64,000 nt of DNA from Bispira polyomma (GCA_965649765.1 OZ287749.1:1426001-1490000), one strand, 5' to 3'; positions 47,966 to 60,322 are shown, numbered from the stretch's first letter. Notes: generated by a model from the letters alone, not told the origin. A program made the numbers and translations.

Positions 47966-48099
47966 GAAGTGTGTTGTCAAAAAAACTAAGAATTGGCCAG
48001 TGTCAATGGTTGCAGAAGTGGTCTTCACTGACCTCCAAACAGAAAGACTTCTTAGAAAGTGAAACATTTGGCTACAGGGACATGTGTGGGAAATGTAGT
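47966..48099 (+). CDS. TIMP: TIMP-like protein, exon 4
   Basis: tttaccAG|(G)SVLSKKLRIGQCQWLQKWSSLTSKQKDFLESETFGYRDMCGKCS|GTAAGT; phase 1-0. Confidence 0.9.
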
Positions 48100-48601
48100 G
48101 TAAGTCAAAAAGCTTTTTCCAATATTTTCGAAAACAATAATAATACTTACAATGTTTATGTACCGTGTCATGTAAACAAACCTCTATGTATAGGTTATTT
48201 ACATGGGCTGAAAGTTTGATATCACAAATATCACAGTGAACCACAGGAGTAATATCAAAGTATCAGCTATATCATAATCTCCTACATTTATCTGTATCAA
48301 AGTCTGTATTGAATTGTAGACAAATTTCACACTAATCACCCTCTTCAGACTCGAAGTCCCTCTTACTCAAATTCCATGTTGTGGAACCTAGCCCCGGATC
48401 ATTTATTGCCCACACAATATCTCTTTATTGAGTACAAATATTCCTTTAGACAGAATAGTGAGCAATGTATTACTAAGACCCTTTGCATATACAGCCCTTG
48501 TATTACATTTCAGCTGGATGAATTAATAGGATGTCACAAAGTTTTGGGTAAAAAACCTTTACTCAATATTGCTTCACATTTATCACATGCTTTTTCTATA
48601 G

Positions 48602-48690
48602 ATTGTGAGTGCTGGGTGTGACAAATGCACTGACTGTTTCTCACCTGCTCAGTGTGCTTCAGGTAACTTACCACCACCAGGAAACACTAG
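48602..48690 (+). CDS. TIMP: TIMP-like protein, exon 5
   Basis: tttttctatAG|IVSAGCDKCTDCFSPAQCASGNLPPPGNT AG|GTAAGG; phase 0-2, which bridges exons 4 and 6. Confidence 0.75.
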
Positions 48691-48734
48691 GTAAGGAAAA
48701 TGAGACTGTTATGCGGCTTTATGGCATGGTCTCT

Positions 48735-48885
48735 GTGACTAAGTGGTTTAAACGTTTGACTTTGGATCAGACAGTCTCAAGATTGATCTTTGCTTCACCC
48801 CAATGTATAAATGGTACCACCAGTAGAGGGTATTAATCTTTTGTGCCTTGCAAGGCTCGTGTGCAGGATTAGGGAGCTAAGAATA
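48735..48885 (+). mobile_element. Degenerate SINE (Meta-like)
   Basis: GTGACTAAGTGG head, CCCCAATGTATAAATGGTACC core, GGGAGCTAAG. Other SINE head fragments at ~47328 (+) and ~53310-53362 (-). Confidence 0.5.
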
Positions 48886-49489
48886 TACAATTTGGTTGTT
48901 AATTGAAAAAAACTGGATATGGTGTAAACTATTAAATGAGCTGAGGCTTTATTTGGGGTGAAATCGAGACTCTAGAGCTACATATTTACACTTTTTGAAT
49001 TATCTGTCAGCACTGGAAATCAGATAAATAATTGTTGTAAATTATTGCCTGTTAAATCATGCACACATGGCAAGGGGGATTACTGAGGCTGTTCAGTTGA
49101 TCACAACATTTCCTATGGAAAATGTCCTTCCCCTAATTGACACCTTGTGATTATTATGTGTTTGATTGCATGAAGTGAAATATGAAATAAAAATAAGAGA
49201 ATGCCAGTCTACAGTAAATATTGATGTTTTTGTTACCTTTTTGAATCTGTATTTCTACACTGACTCTTGACTTCAAACCTATAAAATCAGGATCTGTAGA
49301 AGTCCCTGTCTATTTTAATTATTTGACATGACTCAAAACAAATGTTCAGAATTTATGTTTAATCTAGGTTCAGATATGGAATTTAAATTTGGATTTAAAA
49401 CAGACTTACAGAATAGACATAGATTGAATGTAAATTTGTATTTTTAAGAAAAAGAGAAATAATATATTGTTTTACCATTTGTATTACAG

Positions 49490-49646
49490 ATGTCGACTGA
49501 GAGGTTGGATTCCATGGGAACGAGCATGTTATGAGAAGCAGAGTCATTGTAGATGGTGTTTTGCCTGTAACTCCTGTAACTGGGTCATTAGTCCAGAGTT
49601 TACTGCTTGTAAAAATTTATTCTCTTTCGATAATGGTAAGAAGTGA
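49490..49646 (+). CDS. TIMP: TIMP-like protein, exon 6 (terminal)
   Basis: tgtattacAG|A CRLRGWIPWERACYEKQSHCRWCFACNSCNWVISPEFTACKNLFSFDNGKK*; phase 2; TGA at 49644-49646. Confidence 0.8.
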
Positions 49647-49971
49647 GCAGTCACTTGTCAGTTGTGCAATATCTGTCAAAATGTCAAGATAATTTAGACA
49701 ATATCTTATTTCTTTTTAAATTCTTATTTCATTTTCTTGTCATTTGGATAAAATTATTTTTGCCATGGAGTAAACCAAATTTGATGCAAGACCAAAACAC
49801 AGTTTTATTCATGCTAATATTGATTAAGATAGCAGGAACTTTTCCATCTGCTAATCCAATCTCCTGCAGATAAGAAACTTACAACATGTTTTCAGCATCA
49901 GGCAATATCTCAAGCCAATGTCATTCTTAGAAGCTCAAAAAATGGCATCATAGGACTTTTAGATACATTGA

Positions 49972-50156
49972 TACCTCCGCGAAGGAGGTTATGTTTTCAT
50001 ATGTATTAGTTGGTTTCTTGGTTTGTTAGCAGGCCAAGGAATAACTAGTAAATTTGAAGCAGAACAGGAATGGAGGACAGATCCAGAAATTCTTTAGCAC
50101 ACTTTTTGTCACAGTAGAAGGAAGGCATTTTGTAAACTGAGTAGCCTTCTATTGTT
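49972..50156 (+). mobile_element. Helentron/HINE-like non-autonomous fragment
   Basis: ACCTCCGCGAAGGAGGTTATGTTTTCA hairpin head, GTTTGTTAGCAGG, and a GCCTTCTATTGTT-type end. Confidence 0.5.
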
Positions 50157-51079
50157 AGATACCGTCCAATGCATAAGTAGGACACCGTTTGGATACATTG
50201 TTACTTATGCCAACAAGTTACATTTTCATCGATTTGACAAAACCTAAGTAATCAATTTGATCCAATTGCCTGCAGATAAGGGACTTTAACACACTTTTAA
50301 CATTAGACAGAATCACAAGCCATTGCAGCAGTATTCAATTTTGTAGAATCATCACATGAAAATGAAATTGGCATTGGTGTGGGCAGTAAAGAGATCTAGC
50401 AGATGTATCAGCGGTTCTGAGTAAATGAGTGTCCTACTAGTTTTAGATACACCCCAATGGTTAGTGAAAAACACTATCCCAATACTATAATCACTATCTG
50501 TTTTCTATCAGTGCATCAGAAACAAAGAACTTTAATATTTTTTTTAATTTTTGGGACTTAAAAGGGATACTTATTATTTATAGGCTGATTTAAATTTATT
50601 CGCAAATTTATTCACAGTTGGTCAAAATTTACTCAGCCACGATGCAGTGGCATACTTGCTTATCTTATAAAATATATACACAACTGGTAAGGATTCTGGT
50701 CACAGAAACTGTGTGGGATGGCACACTAATGACATGATGGTCAATTCTGGGGACCAGCTTACGTACAGCAGGGGCGTTAGAAACTTGGACCCGATTTGTC
50801 CCATACATTGTGTCAGGACAATGGCTGATAACCAAAACAGCTTGCTTATTCAAGAGAGGATGTAAGGCAAAGTGTTATGCTTGTCTAAGTGTCAGGCTGG
50901 TTTATAGGTTCTGAAATGTGAGTGGGAGGCTTGTAGGAGTGGTTGTAGACACGGATATTTTAATATATGTGGGCGTCAGAATAGGTTGATAATATATTTT
51001 TACTACTCTGCCTTCCTGTTGTGATAAAATGAGATTGATATATTTGATAGTAGCGTGTGTACTTCAAAAGAACTAAATT

Positions 51080-52380
51080 AATTTCACCTTCTTATATTAT
51101 CGCGCATACTACCCAATTATCACATCGGTTTTTTTGCCTACTCGCATTCCCGTTTCTGCTTTATAACATTCACCCATAAATTACACACATTTGTCGGTCA
51201 TACTTAAGGTACTGTTCCCTTGCTTTGTGCTAGCTGCTGTTAGAATACATTCTGGAACTCCTCAGTTCCCCTTATGCTTTTTCCCACCAAATTAACATAG
51301 ACCCTTCTTTTGTACTCTCACTGGACAATGCCAATGCTTTTTGTGTTTTAAGGTTCACCTCAATCTGCGCCCCAATTAATCCCCATGTAAAAACCTTTGG
51401 ATCCCTCTACTTTCTGTGCTTTGCAAGGATGTTCGCATTAATCTGGGTCTGCCAGCATCCATGCTAAAGAGCGGTGTGTTTAAATTATGCAGAATAAGAC
51501 CCCTGCCATCATAGATTTAATCATTGCCAATGATCTGGATAATTTTGAATTCCTCAATCTTCTTCCATTCTAAGCTATTATCCTTGGTGATTTCAATCAC
51601 CAGGCGTAGATGAACTGCTGCAAATTGAAAATAAATCCTGACAAAACTAAATATATTCTCATTAGTAACAAGAAACACGGTGAGCTCCTAAAATCATTAT
51701 TTACCATTTTTCTCCTGGGTAAAAATATACTACCCTCTGAAAATGCCACAAACCTTGGTGTCACTTTCTGCGCCATTTCGTTTGACACCATATTAGCAAC
51801 ATCTGTCGCTCCTGCTATTACCACATTCATGACTAGAGACTACTATAACTATGGCAAATGTCCTTGTAGGTACTCATTTTGACTACTGCAACTCCATTTT
51901 GTTTGGAGTAAACAAGTTACAGATTAAAAAGCTCCAGTCCTATGCAGGGTGATTTTTCGCCTGGGCAGTTGCAGCGGTGTCAATTTACCTAAAAAAACTA
52001 CACTGGCTTCCCATTCAGTGTAGAATTTTGTTGAAAGTTCACGTTACAACATTTAACTCTGTAGTCACACAACAGCCCTCCTACCTCACTTCCCTTCTCT
52101 CTTTTAGTAACCTAAACAGAGGCAAAAGACTCCAGGAAGGCGGGATCCAGAGCTTTCTCTGTTGCAGCTCCCTTGTTATGGAACAGTCTCCCAGTTGACC
52201 TCTGATCATCAGACACACTTATTGGTTTCAGGAAAAAGTTTAAAACCTATCTTTTTAACCTCGTCTTCCTACTGTAGTCTATTCCTCTACACGCCCACAT
52301 TCTCCCTGGCGAACTTGTGCTTTAGCAAATGACTATTATCAATATAGCTCGTTGAAATTGGATAATAATAAGAATAATAA
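51080..52380 (+). mobile_element. Older, internally deleted L2 family A relative retaining both ends
   Basis: Aligns to ~5690-6270, ~6570-6620, then ~8250-9150 of copy 1. TAA-rich tail. Confidence 0.85.
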
Positions 52381-52429
52381 AACTGTTGCAGCATCAAATA
52401 ATAATTGAAAAATTCAACTCGGATGCACA

Positions 52430-52476
52430 GAACCCTGTCATGTAACCCTGTCATGTAACCCTGTCATGTAACCCTG
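52430..52476. repeat. 13-bp tandem repeat (TAACCCTGTCATG) x3.5
   Basis: Directly visible. Confidence 0.9.
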
Positions 52477-52734
52477 TTGTTTCTATTGGGTTGACTTTGT
52501 ATCATAAACACTGGTTAAGGAAAATCTTATTAAAATCGAATCATATCAAAATTAGTAAATTCTAAATCCAAAACATATATGCCATTTTGACAGATATGTC
52601 AGCTCCATGAGGTCTTATGAGGCACAGGTTTACACATTTATATGGATGGAAATTTTGTAAAGAAAACAGACATTATCAATGTCTTAAGGAAAAGAAAGGC
52701 GCTTTATTGAAATACAAAGCAGTTTTTCAAAGAA

Positions 52735-54812
52735 GGGTTGTAATTACAAAGAAATATTCAATAAATGCAATTAAAAGATATACAATAAGGCTAAAGAGTT
52801 TTTCATGTTGTATAGAAACTCATCAGATGACAAACGACATTCTTTTGTTTTTTTGAACAAGTCTTTTGTGAGGCAAGTTGATTCAGAAAAGATTTATGAC
52901 AAATATTCTACAGCCACAGACAAAATAGAGAAAACACATTAAAGCCAGATTTTAAACAAGGCAAAGTAAAAAATCTTCTTTCAAAGTATCATTAAGCAAA
53001 ATTTAAGCTCAGTGTAATTGTATTGCAAAATAATGCAGTTTTAATTATTAAGCATCAGTGGAGACTAAATTTGTTGTTGAAAACTGTGCATAGCTATATT
53101 TTATAGGGTCATTTTTTAAAAATGTTGGTGGTTTGTACAGTGATCAAGATGTTGTAGTTGTTCGTAATATTTTTGAGATATTGTATATTATACACCAAAA
53201 ATTGTACCCATATCAGAAAATAGGAAATTGACAGTATGCTAATCTTTGTAATGCTAAAATATGAAATCACTAATTGAAAATGAAGTTGAACATTTGTTAT
53301 TGCGGGAATAGAAATTATGACCTTCTGATCATCAGACCAACACCCTGACCACTAGACCACGGGGCATCAGGGGCAATAATTGATATAGAATATAATTTAA
53401 TGAATAAACAGAAGAACAAATAAACTACATACAATTTGTATTTACTGGCAACACATGAATTCTACTGCCCTAGATGGTATGTACATGGATAGCAATTGAT
53501 CCAGTTCATTTAAATAACTTGGTATCGAACATAGAAACATAGTCTTTTTCATCCTGAGGCAGGTTTCGGGATGAACCCAGGACCTGCCAAGGATATGCTG
53601 GTACTCTTCTTAAATGCAGATACAAAACTATAGGAAACCAAGAAGCCTCAGCTGTCTCCAGAAAGCCGGTTACGTCAACAAAAGGCACCTCCAAAAAGAG
53701 ATGCACCATTTTTAACCAGAAACTGGCCAGTCCATGGTTCCATGAAGAGAAACAACTTTATATAAATTGCCTTGAATTTCATAAATTTGCGAATTTGCAT
53801 ATCAGTACAACTGTAAACCAAAGACAATTCAAAAGCTCATCTCATAATATACTTTGGCTCGTCTTGACAAGCCCCTGTCACACAGCGTGTCTGACCAATT
53901 ATCGTGGGACCTAAATATCCTGTTAGGTTGTTAGATGTATTTGTTAATCCTTAGTAACTCGCTCATCAGGTTGTGGTTGTCTTTGGGCAGGTTTTTGTGT
54001 TTACAAATGATTTCTGTCTGACTAAACAAGTCCCTAATTAGTCGCCGACGGGTTGTTTGGCTGATGTAACTGTTTCCATACTCCAGCCACCACTAAGGCC
54101 ACTCCAGCCACCACTAAAGCCACTCCAGCCACCACTAAAGCCACTCCAGTCACAGTCACCACTAAAGCCACTCCAGCCACCACTAAGGCCACTCCAGCCA
54201 CCACTAAATCCACTCCAGCCACCACTAAAGCCACTCCAACCACCACTAAGGCCACTCCAGCCACCACTAAGGCCACTCCAGCCACCACTAAAGCCACTCC
54301 AGCCACCACTAAAGCCACTCCATGGCAGAAAACAAATGGGCAGCAGATGCAAAATAACGAGGAACAATTGTGTGGAGGCTATAAAATAATTGCATGTATG
54401 AAGTGCCATTCCGTCAAGGATATGAGCCAACGAAAGACTAGCATTACTATTCAATTGGAACAAAAACCTATGGTATTTAATGCGGAGAAAAAAAAGTTGG
54501 TTCACTCTTTTTATTGTCCTTTTAAAATGCTTCTTAGAGAGCAATTAACGATGGCCCCAAAACAGCACTAAGAAGTTGCAGAGTTGTTTTTGTACAGGTC
54601 TCACAGCAACACTCTTTTGTCTTTCTAAGCAATTATTTTGTAGAGCAATTCAATGGAGATTTTCATTTCGTACTGGAAATAGATAAATTATAGATTAATT
54701 CTATTGTCCTTAATGCAGTGAAATGTTACAGCTGCACAAAATAGTCAAACCTATCTTTCGTACAAAACAAAAGCACATTTTTTCCTTTAAGCTCGTAGAA
54801 AATGTCACTGTA
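52735..54812. mobile_element. Old interspersed repeat, copy B (homologous to 32780-35551)
   Basis: See copy A. Ends AATGTCACTG|TA. Confidence 0.65.
54081..54321. repeat. 21-bp minisatellite (CCACTCCAGCCACCACTAA[A/G]G), ~11 copies
   Basis: Directly visible. It produces the ORFs at 54034, 54038 and 54057. Confidence 0.97.
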
Positions 54813-56380
54813 TCAATGTGTTTCTATCGTGTTAGATTCGTAATTTTTGTTCTTGTTTTCTTTCCTGATAAATTATAACATTCTTTTCTCCTTCTTCATG
54901 GTTCACTTTTAGCAAGGGAACCCCCCAGAAAGGTAAACATGGTACTTATATAGATAAAATTCATTTATGTTAAATCACTACACTGTGAATAGGCTGACAT
55001 GCTCAGTGGAGCTCAAGTATATAGTTTTCAAACTACACACAACCTTTCATAAGAAATAAAATAAATCATCTCTATCTAATTACTAATACTACAGTATAAA
55101 ACATGTTTTAAAATAGAAATATTCACTAAATATAGTGAAATAATTACACTTTACTGAGAACTACTTAACAGGTTCTCTTTCATATATGAATAATGTATTC
55201 AGAAATTACTACACCTGAAATACTTCCTGTAAAGGTCACTGAGTTACATTATGTAAAATATAAAATGACATGTTACCTATTTAAATCTAAAACATACACA
55301 CTTAGAAACATATAAAATAAAATGTCCTGTCAGTATTTTTAAAAATGCCATTGGAAAACTACTACACAATTACCAACTTCCTGGAACTATATTTTTATAT
55401 TCATACAGTGCAGCGTAATGCACCCAAATAAAACACATAAAACTCCTGTCCAATAAATCAAATAAAATGATGTGGAATTTTAGCTGTAATACTTGAATTT
55501 AGGATATAATAATAATCTCAAAATGTGTTTAACCAAAGGATATTTACTTTAGGATAATTTAAAGTAAGTATCATAATAATTTGAGTTGTAATTTTGACTT
55601 TAATGGGCGATAATTAAGGATACTTGCACTCGCGAATTTGGTGCAGTATTTTTCTTTATAATACACCCTACTTCGGGAATGTAGCGTCCCGCACATTCAC
55701 AACATTAAATAACGAGAAAAAATACTCAAATGAATAAAAATGTTTAATCTAAGCTGATAAAACTTTCATCAGAACTACTACTACTACAACTACTACTACT
55801 ACTACTACTACTGCTACTACTAATTGTTCTTTGCCTATTGCTTATATGATGTTTGAGGACCTCAGCGGCAACTTCATCTTCTGTAATGTAGTCGCTTGTG
55901 CCAACGACCACTTCATAACTCTCCTTCCTTGACTCCATCATTTCCTGGTCCCGGTAGCATTTCACACATTTTATCTTGATCGTGGTCTCCGATTCTTCAG
56001 GTGACTTGTATTCTACAACTTCAACTACTGGGTATGGGACTCCATGCCGACAGGTATCCCAAGCACCTTGAATATCTATTTGAACTACTCGCTTCTTGAA
56101 AGAAGGATCTCTTGGATCAGTGAGATGGTAGCCAACCTGTCTCTCCAGTGGGATGTCTTTTGGTTTTCCGATAAATACCCTCCTAGTTTCCTTCACGGGG
56201 GACGATGGTGCAGGCTCACAGTTGCTGGCTTTAGGAGCTATCTCAGCTGTCGCTGGACTAGTATTTATTGGTAACCCGGGGGTTGGATGGTAGACCTCGT
56301 CTAATTCAGGAAAGAAGCCGTCTACATTCATGGGCTCATAACCCTGTGCTGCTTGAAATAGCTCAACCCCCTTTAGTATC

Positions 56381-57905
56381 TGAAGAATTATCGCCCTGTA
56401 TCTGGTCTTAGTTTCATATCAAAACTGGTTGAACGCATGGTTGCTAGGCAACTGTTATATCACATCTTTGTCCACGACTTAGACAACCCATACCAGTCTG
56501 CGTATAAAACTGGTCATTTGACTGAGACAGCTCTTCTGTCTTTAAAAAATGAAGTTCACCTATCTTTGTCAAGAGGGGAACCTACTGCCCTGGTATTGCT
56601 CGACCTCTCTGCTGCCTTTGACACCATTGATCATTCCACGCTTCTCAGTTGTCTTCAGACTTGGTTTGGAGTTAGGGACTCTGTTCTTAAATGGTTCACT
56701 TCCTACTTAACTGATCATTATCAGTCGATAAAAATTGGCTCTACTCTGTCCGATCTTTGTAAACTCTTGTTTGGTGTTCCTCAAGGTTCTGTTTTGGGCC
56801 CTCTGTTGTTCTCATTATACACTTCCCCTCTCAGATTGGTTATTGGCAAATACACAGGAATAAAGTTTCATTTTTATGCAGATGATACCCAAATTTATGT
56901 GCACCTATCCCATAAAAACGCATCTACTGCCTTTGAACAGTTGAACAGGTGCCTTGACGATGTGAAAGAGTGGATGTCAACTGGCAAACTCAAACTTAAT
57001 CCCGATAAGACTGAGTTCATAATCTTTGGCTCAAAACAACAGAGGGATAAGTTGAAAGCATTATTCCCAGTTGACATCCTGGGTAGCCCTTTCAGTCCAG
57101 CTGATTCTGTCAAGAACCTGGGTGTATGGTTTGACTCTGATTTTTCTTTCTCTAAACACGTTCAGAGTGTCTGCAAAAGCTGTTTTATGCAACTTCGTGA
57201 CTTTAGACGTGTCAGACGGTTTCTCACTTATAATACTTCTATACTTGTGGCCAATGCTTTTGTCAGTAGTAGACTGGATTACTGCAATTCACTTTTCAGG
57301 AGTCTCTCAAAGTTTAATTTACGCAAATTACAATGCATTCAAAATAGTGCAGCTAGAATTGTGTCAAACACCAGTCGATACACTAGTATAACTCCTGTTC
57401 TTAAGAAATTGCATTGGCTCCCTGTTGAACAGCGTTCAGTGTTTAAGACAGCTATACTTGTTTATAAGTTTCTCCACACTGGGTTTCCAAAGTATTTTGC
57501 CCCATATCTTTCCACTTACAGTAGTTCCTACAATACCCGACGTAGTCAGAGTGGTAGTAATTTCCTTGTTGTTCCGAAGTTCCACCCATCTACTCAAAAG
57601 TCTGTTAAACAGTTTGGTCACAGCTTTGCTTTTGATGCTCCCATTGTTTTGAATGGTCTCCCTGATGTGATTCGTGCTTCCCCCTCACTAGCATGTTTTA
57701 GAAAGAAGCTAAACCCACTTATACACTAAAGCATATCCACCTTAGTTTCAATCATCCCCCGGCGCGCTCTATGTTGCTGACCCTTTTTTTCTGTCCCTTG
57801 ATTTTCGTAATTGGATAACTGTCTTTTGTGCTGGTGTGCCTTAGAGTCCCCTTTGTTAAAGGGAGATTAAGCGCAATAAAAGTCTAATTACAATTATAAT
57901 TACAA
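56381..57905 (+). mobile_element. 5'-truncated L2 family B copy with short ATC(T) target duplication
   Basis: ORF 56437-57729 is nearly identical to the 43698-45060 region. (CAATTA)n tail. Left flank ...TAGTATCT, right flank ATCTCTTTG. Confidence 0.95.
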
Positions 57906-58087
57906 TCTCTTTGCATTGTTTAGCTACTGACAGGGACATCTTTAATGGTGAAACGTTCGTGTCCATTTCCTGAAGAGGTATGCCTTTCTGCGTCTTCCGC
58001 GTTACCTTAACCCTTGAGCCATTTACTGTCCCAATTTGTTCCTTGTTGTGGGCATAATATGCGTACTCTGTTAGATGCTTGACTTTG

Positions 58088-58272
58088 ATACGTGAAGCCG
58101 TAATAAGAATAGACTATTGATGTAAAAAAAATCATGTGACGCCCTTAAAATGCTGACGTAGATACGTATACAGAGATAAGTTTTTCATAAAAACACGGGT
58201 AGTTACAATTTTTAGTCTGAGGAAATATTTTATTACTAAATTATACTTAGTATTTGTTGTGATCACCAGGTC
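58088..58272 (-). mobile_element. ~185-bp interspersed element, copy 1
   Basis: Reverse complement is near-identical to 59571-59756. Confidence 0.85.
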
Positions 58273-58642
58273 TTCAATGAGCACATCAATGCGGGTGCGG
58301 CACACCATCTTACACACTGGACACTCGTACTTCTTGTCACCGTGCTTTTCCATCTTGGGCCTCTTCATACTGGAACGGCTGCTAAATTGTGACCCACACA
58401 CTTCGCAATCCGCGGGTTTTGAAAACAACTTCCTTGGCATCCTGCAAGTTTGATAGAAATAAATAAAATTTTCTCCACCACTTATTGACATCACATAACT
58501 TACACTAAATGATACTGCATTTCTGCAGATCCTGATCCTATAGCAAAAAAAAAAAAAAAAAAAAAAAATTAATTAACCTTAGAGGTTTGCTACAAACAAT
58601 ATTGTGCCTGTACATAAAATATTATTGTGTGTATTTTTAAGT

Positions 58643-59525
58643 GGTGTCTGTTGATTTTGCCACACAATGATTTTGCCACACAATGATTTTGCCACACTTT
58701 TTACAGGGGGTATGATTTTGCCCTATTACCCCTTGATTTTGCCACACTTTTTTTTTCTTACTATCCATTGATTTTTGCCACACTTTTTTGGGGGGGGAGT
58801 TATTACACTAAAATTACTTTTTGAAAAAGAAAATTGTATTATAGGTAATAAAAAAAAAATCTCTTTGTACAGATAATAAACTTTATTTTTAAAATATTTT
58901 TGCCACACTTTATTAACATATTAATTACACTTATTAAACATTTAGAAAAAGAATGAGCTCTTTATAGTTAATTTTAAGCACATTATGTGAATATATATAT
59001 ATTTTAAATTTATAAATTTCAGAGTTTTTAAAGATTAATCACTCTCTTTTGTCCACTGTGGTATTGGTAAATTGCAATAAACAGGTACTGAATGTTTCTT
59101 TTCTACTTTGTCTCACACATAATAAAAGGGAATCAAGAATAGGTGATTAACTTTCCTGGGCAGTTATCTGAGAGAACTAAATCAAAGGCTCTTTTAGAAA
59201 CAGTTACAGTACCTTTCATTAGATCTACATCAAAGGAAAATAAACACACATGGCTTCTCCATAAGACCAATGGCTTCTCCACTTTGGTTGGCTAAAGGGA
59301 TTACTTATGATATATTCATCAAAGGAAATGTCACAACTTTAACTTTTTACTCTACCAAAATATATTCTTTTAAAAAATTTCAATTTGAAAACAATTTTAA
59401 AATATATATATATATAAAAAAGTGTGGCAAAATCAAGGGGTAATAGGGCATAATCATGCCCCCTGTAAAAAGTGTGGCAAAATCATTGTGTGGCAAAATC
59501 ATGTGTGGCAAAATCATAGGGAATC
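58643..59525. mobile_element. Mutator/foldback-like MITE with TGATTTTGCCACAC subterminal repeats and ~10-bp TSD
   Basis: 58652-58755 is the inverse of 59416-59517. G...C termini. Flanks ATTTTTAAGT (58633-58642) and ATTATTAAGT (59526-59535). Confidence 0.85.
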
Positions 59526-59570
59526 ATTATTAAGTAACATCCTGTGCATCTTTATAAAATTACATAAAAA

Positions 59571-59756
59571 AACCTGCTGATCACAACAAATACTAAATAT
59601 AATTTAGTAAAAAAATATTTCCTCAGACTAAAAATTGTAACTACCCGTATTTTTATGAAAAACTTTTCTCTGTATACGTATCTACGTCAGCATTTTAAGG
59701 GCGTCACATGATTTTTTTTTACATCAATAGTCTATTCTTATTACGGCTTCACGTAT
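59571..59756 (+). mobile_element. ~185-bp interspersed element, copy 2
   Basis: ACCTGCTGATCACAAC...ATTACGGCTTCACGTAT. Confidence 0.85.
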
Positions 59757-60109
59757 AACATGGCCTCAGTACATAAGTGGTCACTGGTCAGACTTATATA
59801 TATTATAACTGTTCAAGTCATATAATTGTAACACTGATTGTGTAAGAAAAATGTAGAATATATATAACATATTCTTGCTGAGCTTTAGTCTCTAATTCTG
59901 TGTAATCGAGATACAACAGGCCTGTTTAAAACTCTCTACATCACAATACACACCCATTCTTCTCATCGCTGGAATTCACCCCATTAGCAAGGAGCTCCCT
60001 CAGAGCCTGTTCACCTTCCACGGCTGCTTCATATACCAGGTGATTCATTCTTCTCCCTTTATTGACACACACACACACTGTACATTTCCAAATCTGTTCT
60101 TAAAAAAAA

Positions 60110-60322
60110 CACGGGCGGTTACAATACCGGTCGGGTCACAATACCGTCCGTTGCAGTTTTAAATACTTTACCGACGTAAATTAATATTAAAAACACATGC
60201 TACTTCATGTCTATAAATTAAAGTACAGAATACTTTATTTCATTTTAAATAAATCTACGTTTCAAGCATTTAAATGAGCGTCGAATGGTATTGTGACCCA
60301 ACCGGTATTGTGACCGCCCGTG
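60110..60322. mobile_element. MITE with ~38-bp TIRs (Tc1/mariner-like, TA on the right)
   Basis: CACGGGCGGTTACAATACCGGTCGGGTCACAATACC ... GGTATTGTGACCCAACCGGTATTGTGACCGCCCGTG. Confidence 0.85.

Larger units (their letters stand above)
55744..58440 (-). pseudogene. C2H2 zinc-finger protein gene (~330 aa reconstructed), disrupted by an L2 and a ~185-bp insertion
   Basis: MPRKLFSKPADCEVCGSQFSSRSSMKRPKMEKHGDKKYECPVC...LIE | IKVKHLTEY...KQCKE | ILKGVELFQAAQGYEPMNVDGFF... to the stop at 55744. Acceptor ttgcAG|G ATG at 58442. Confidence 0.7.

Noticed and set aside
41226-49646. TIMP nested in a synapsin intron, as in vertebrates and Drosophila
   Set aside because: I recognised no synapsin exons on the opposite strand in this window. 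Exons outside the window cannot be excluded.
53540-53760. Third NPGP motif (AGFGMNPGP at 53571) as a 2A site
   Set aside because: It lacks the upstream D-x-E and hydrophobic run in frame, and no APE domain follows. It could be chance or unrecognisable decay.
54034-54544. Gly/Trp-rich (GGWSGFS)n or Pro-rich structural-protein-like ORFs
   Set aside because: The 21-bp array is open in several frames, varies little at DNA level, has no signal peptide or splice support, and sits inside an interspersed repeat.
58088-59756. Single 1.67-kb transposon with 185-bp TIRs and a TA TSD
   Set aside because: The zinc-finger coding sequence continues across the left repeat from inside to outside, which fits two independent insertions better.
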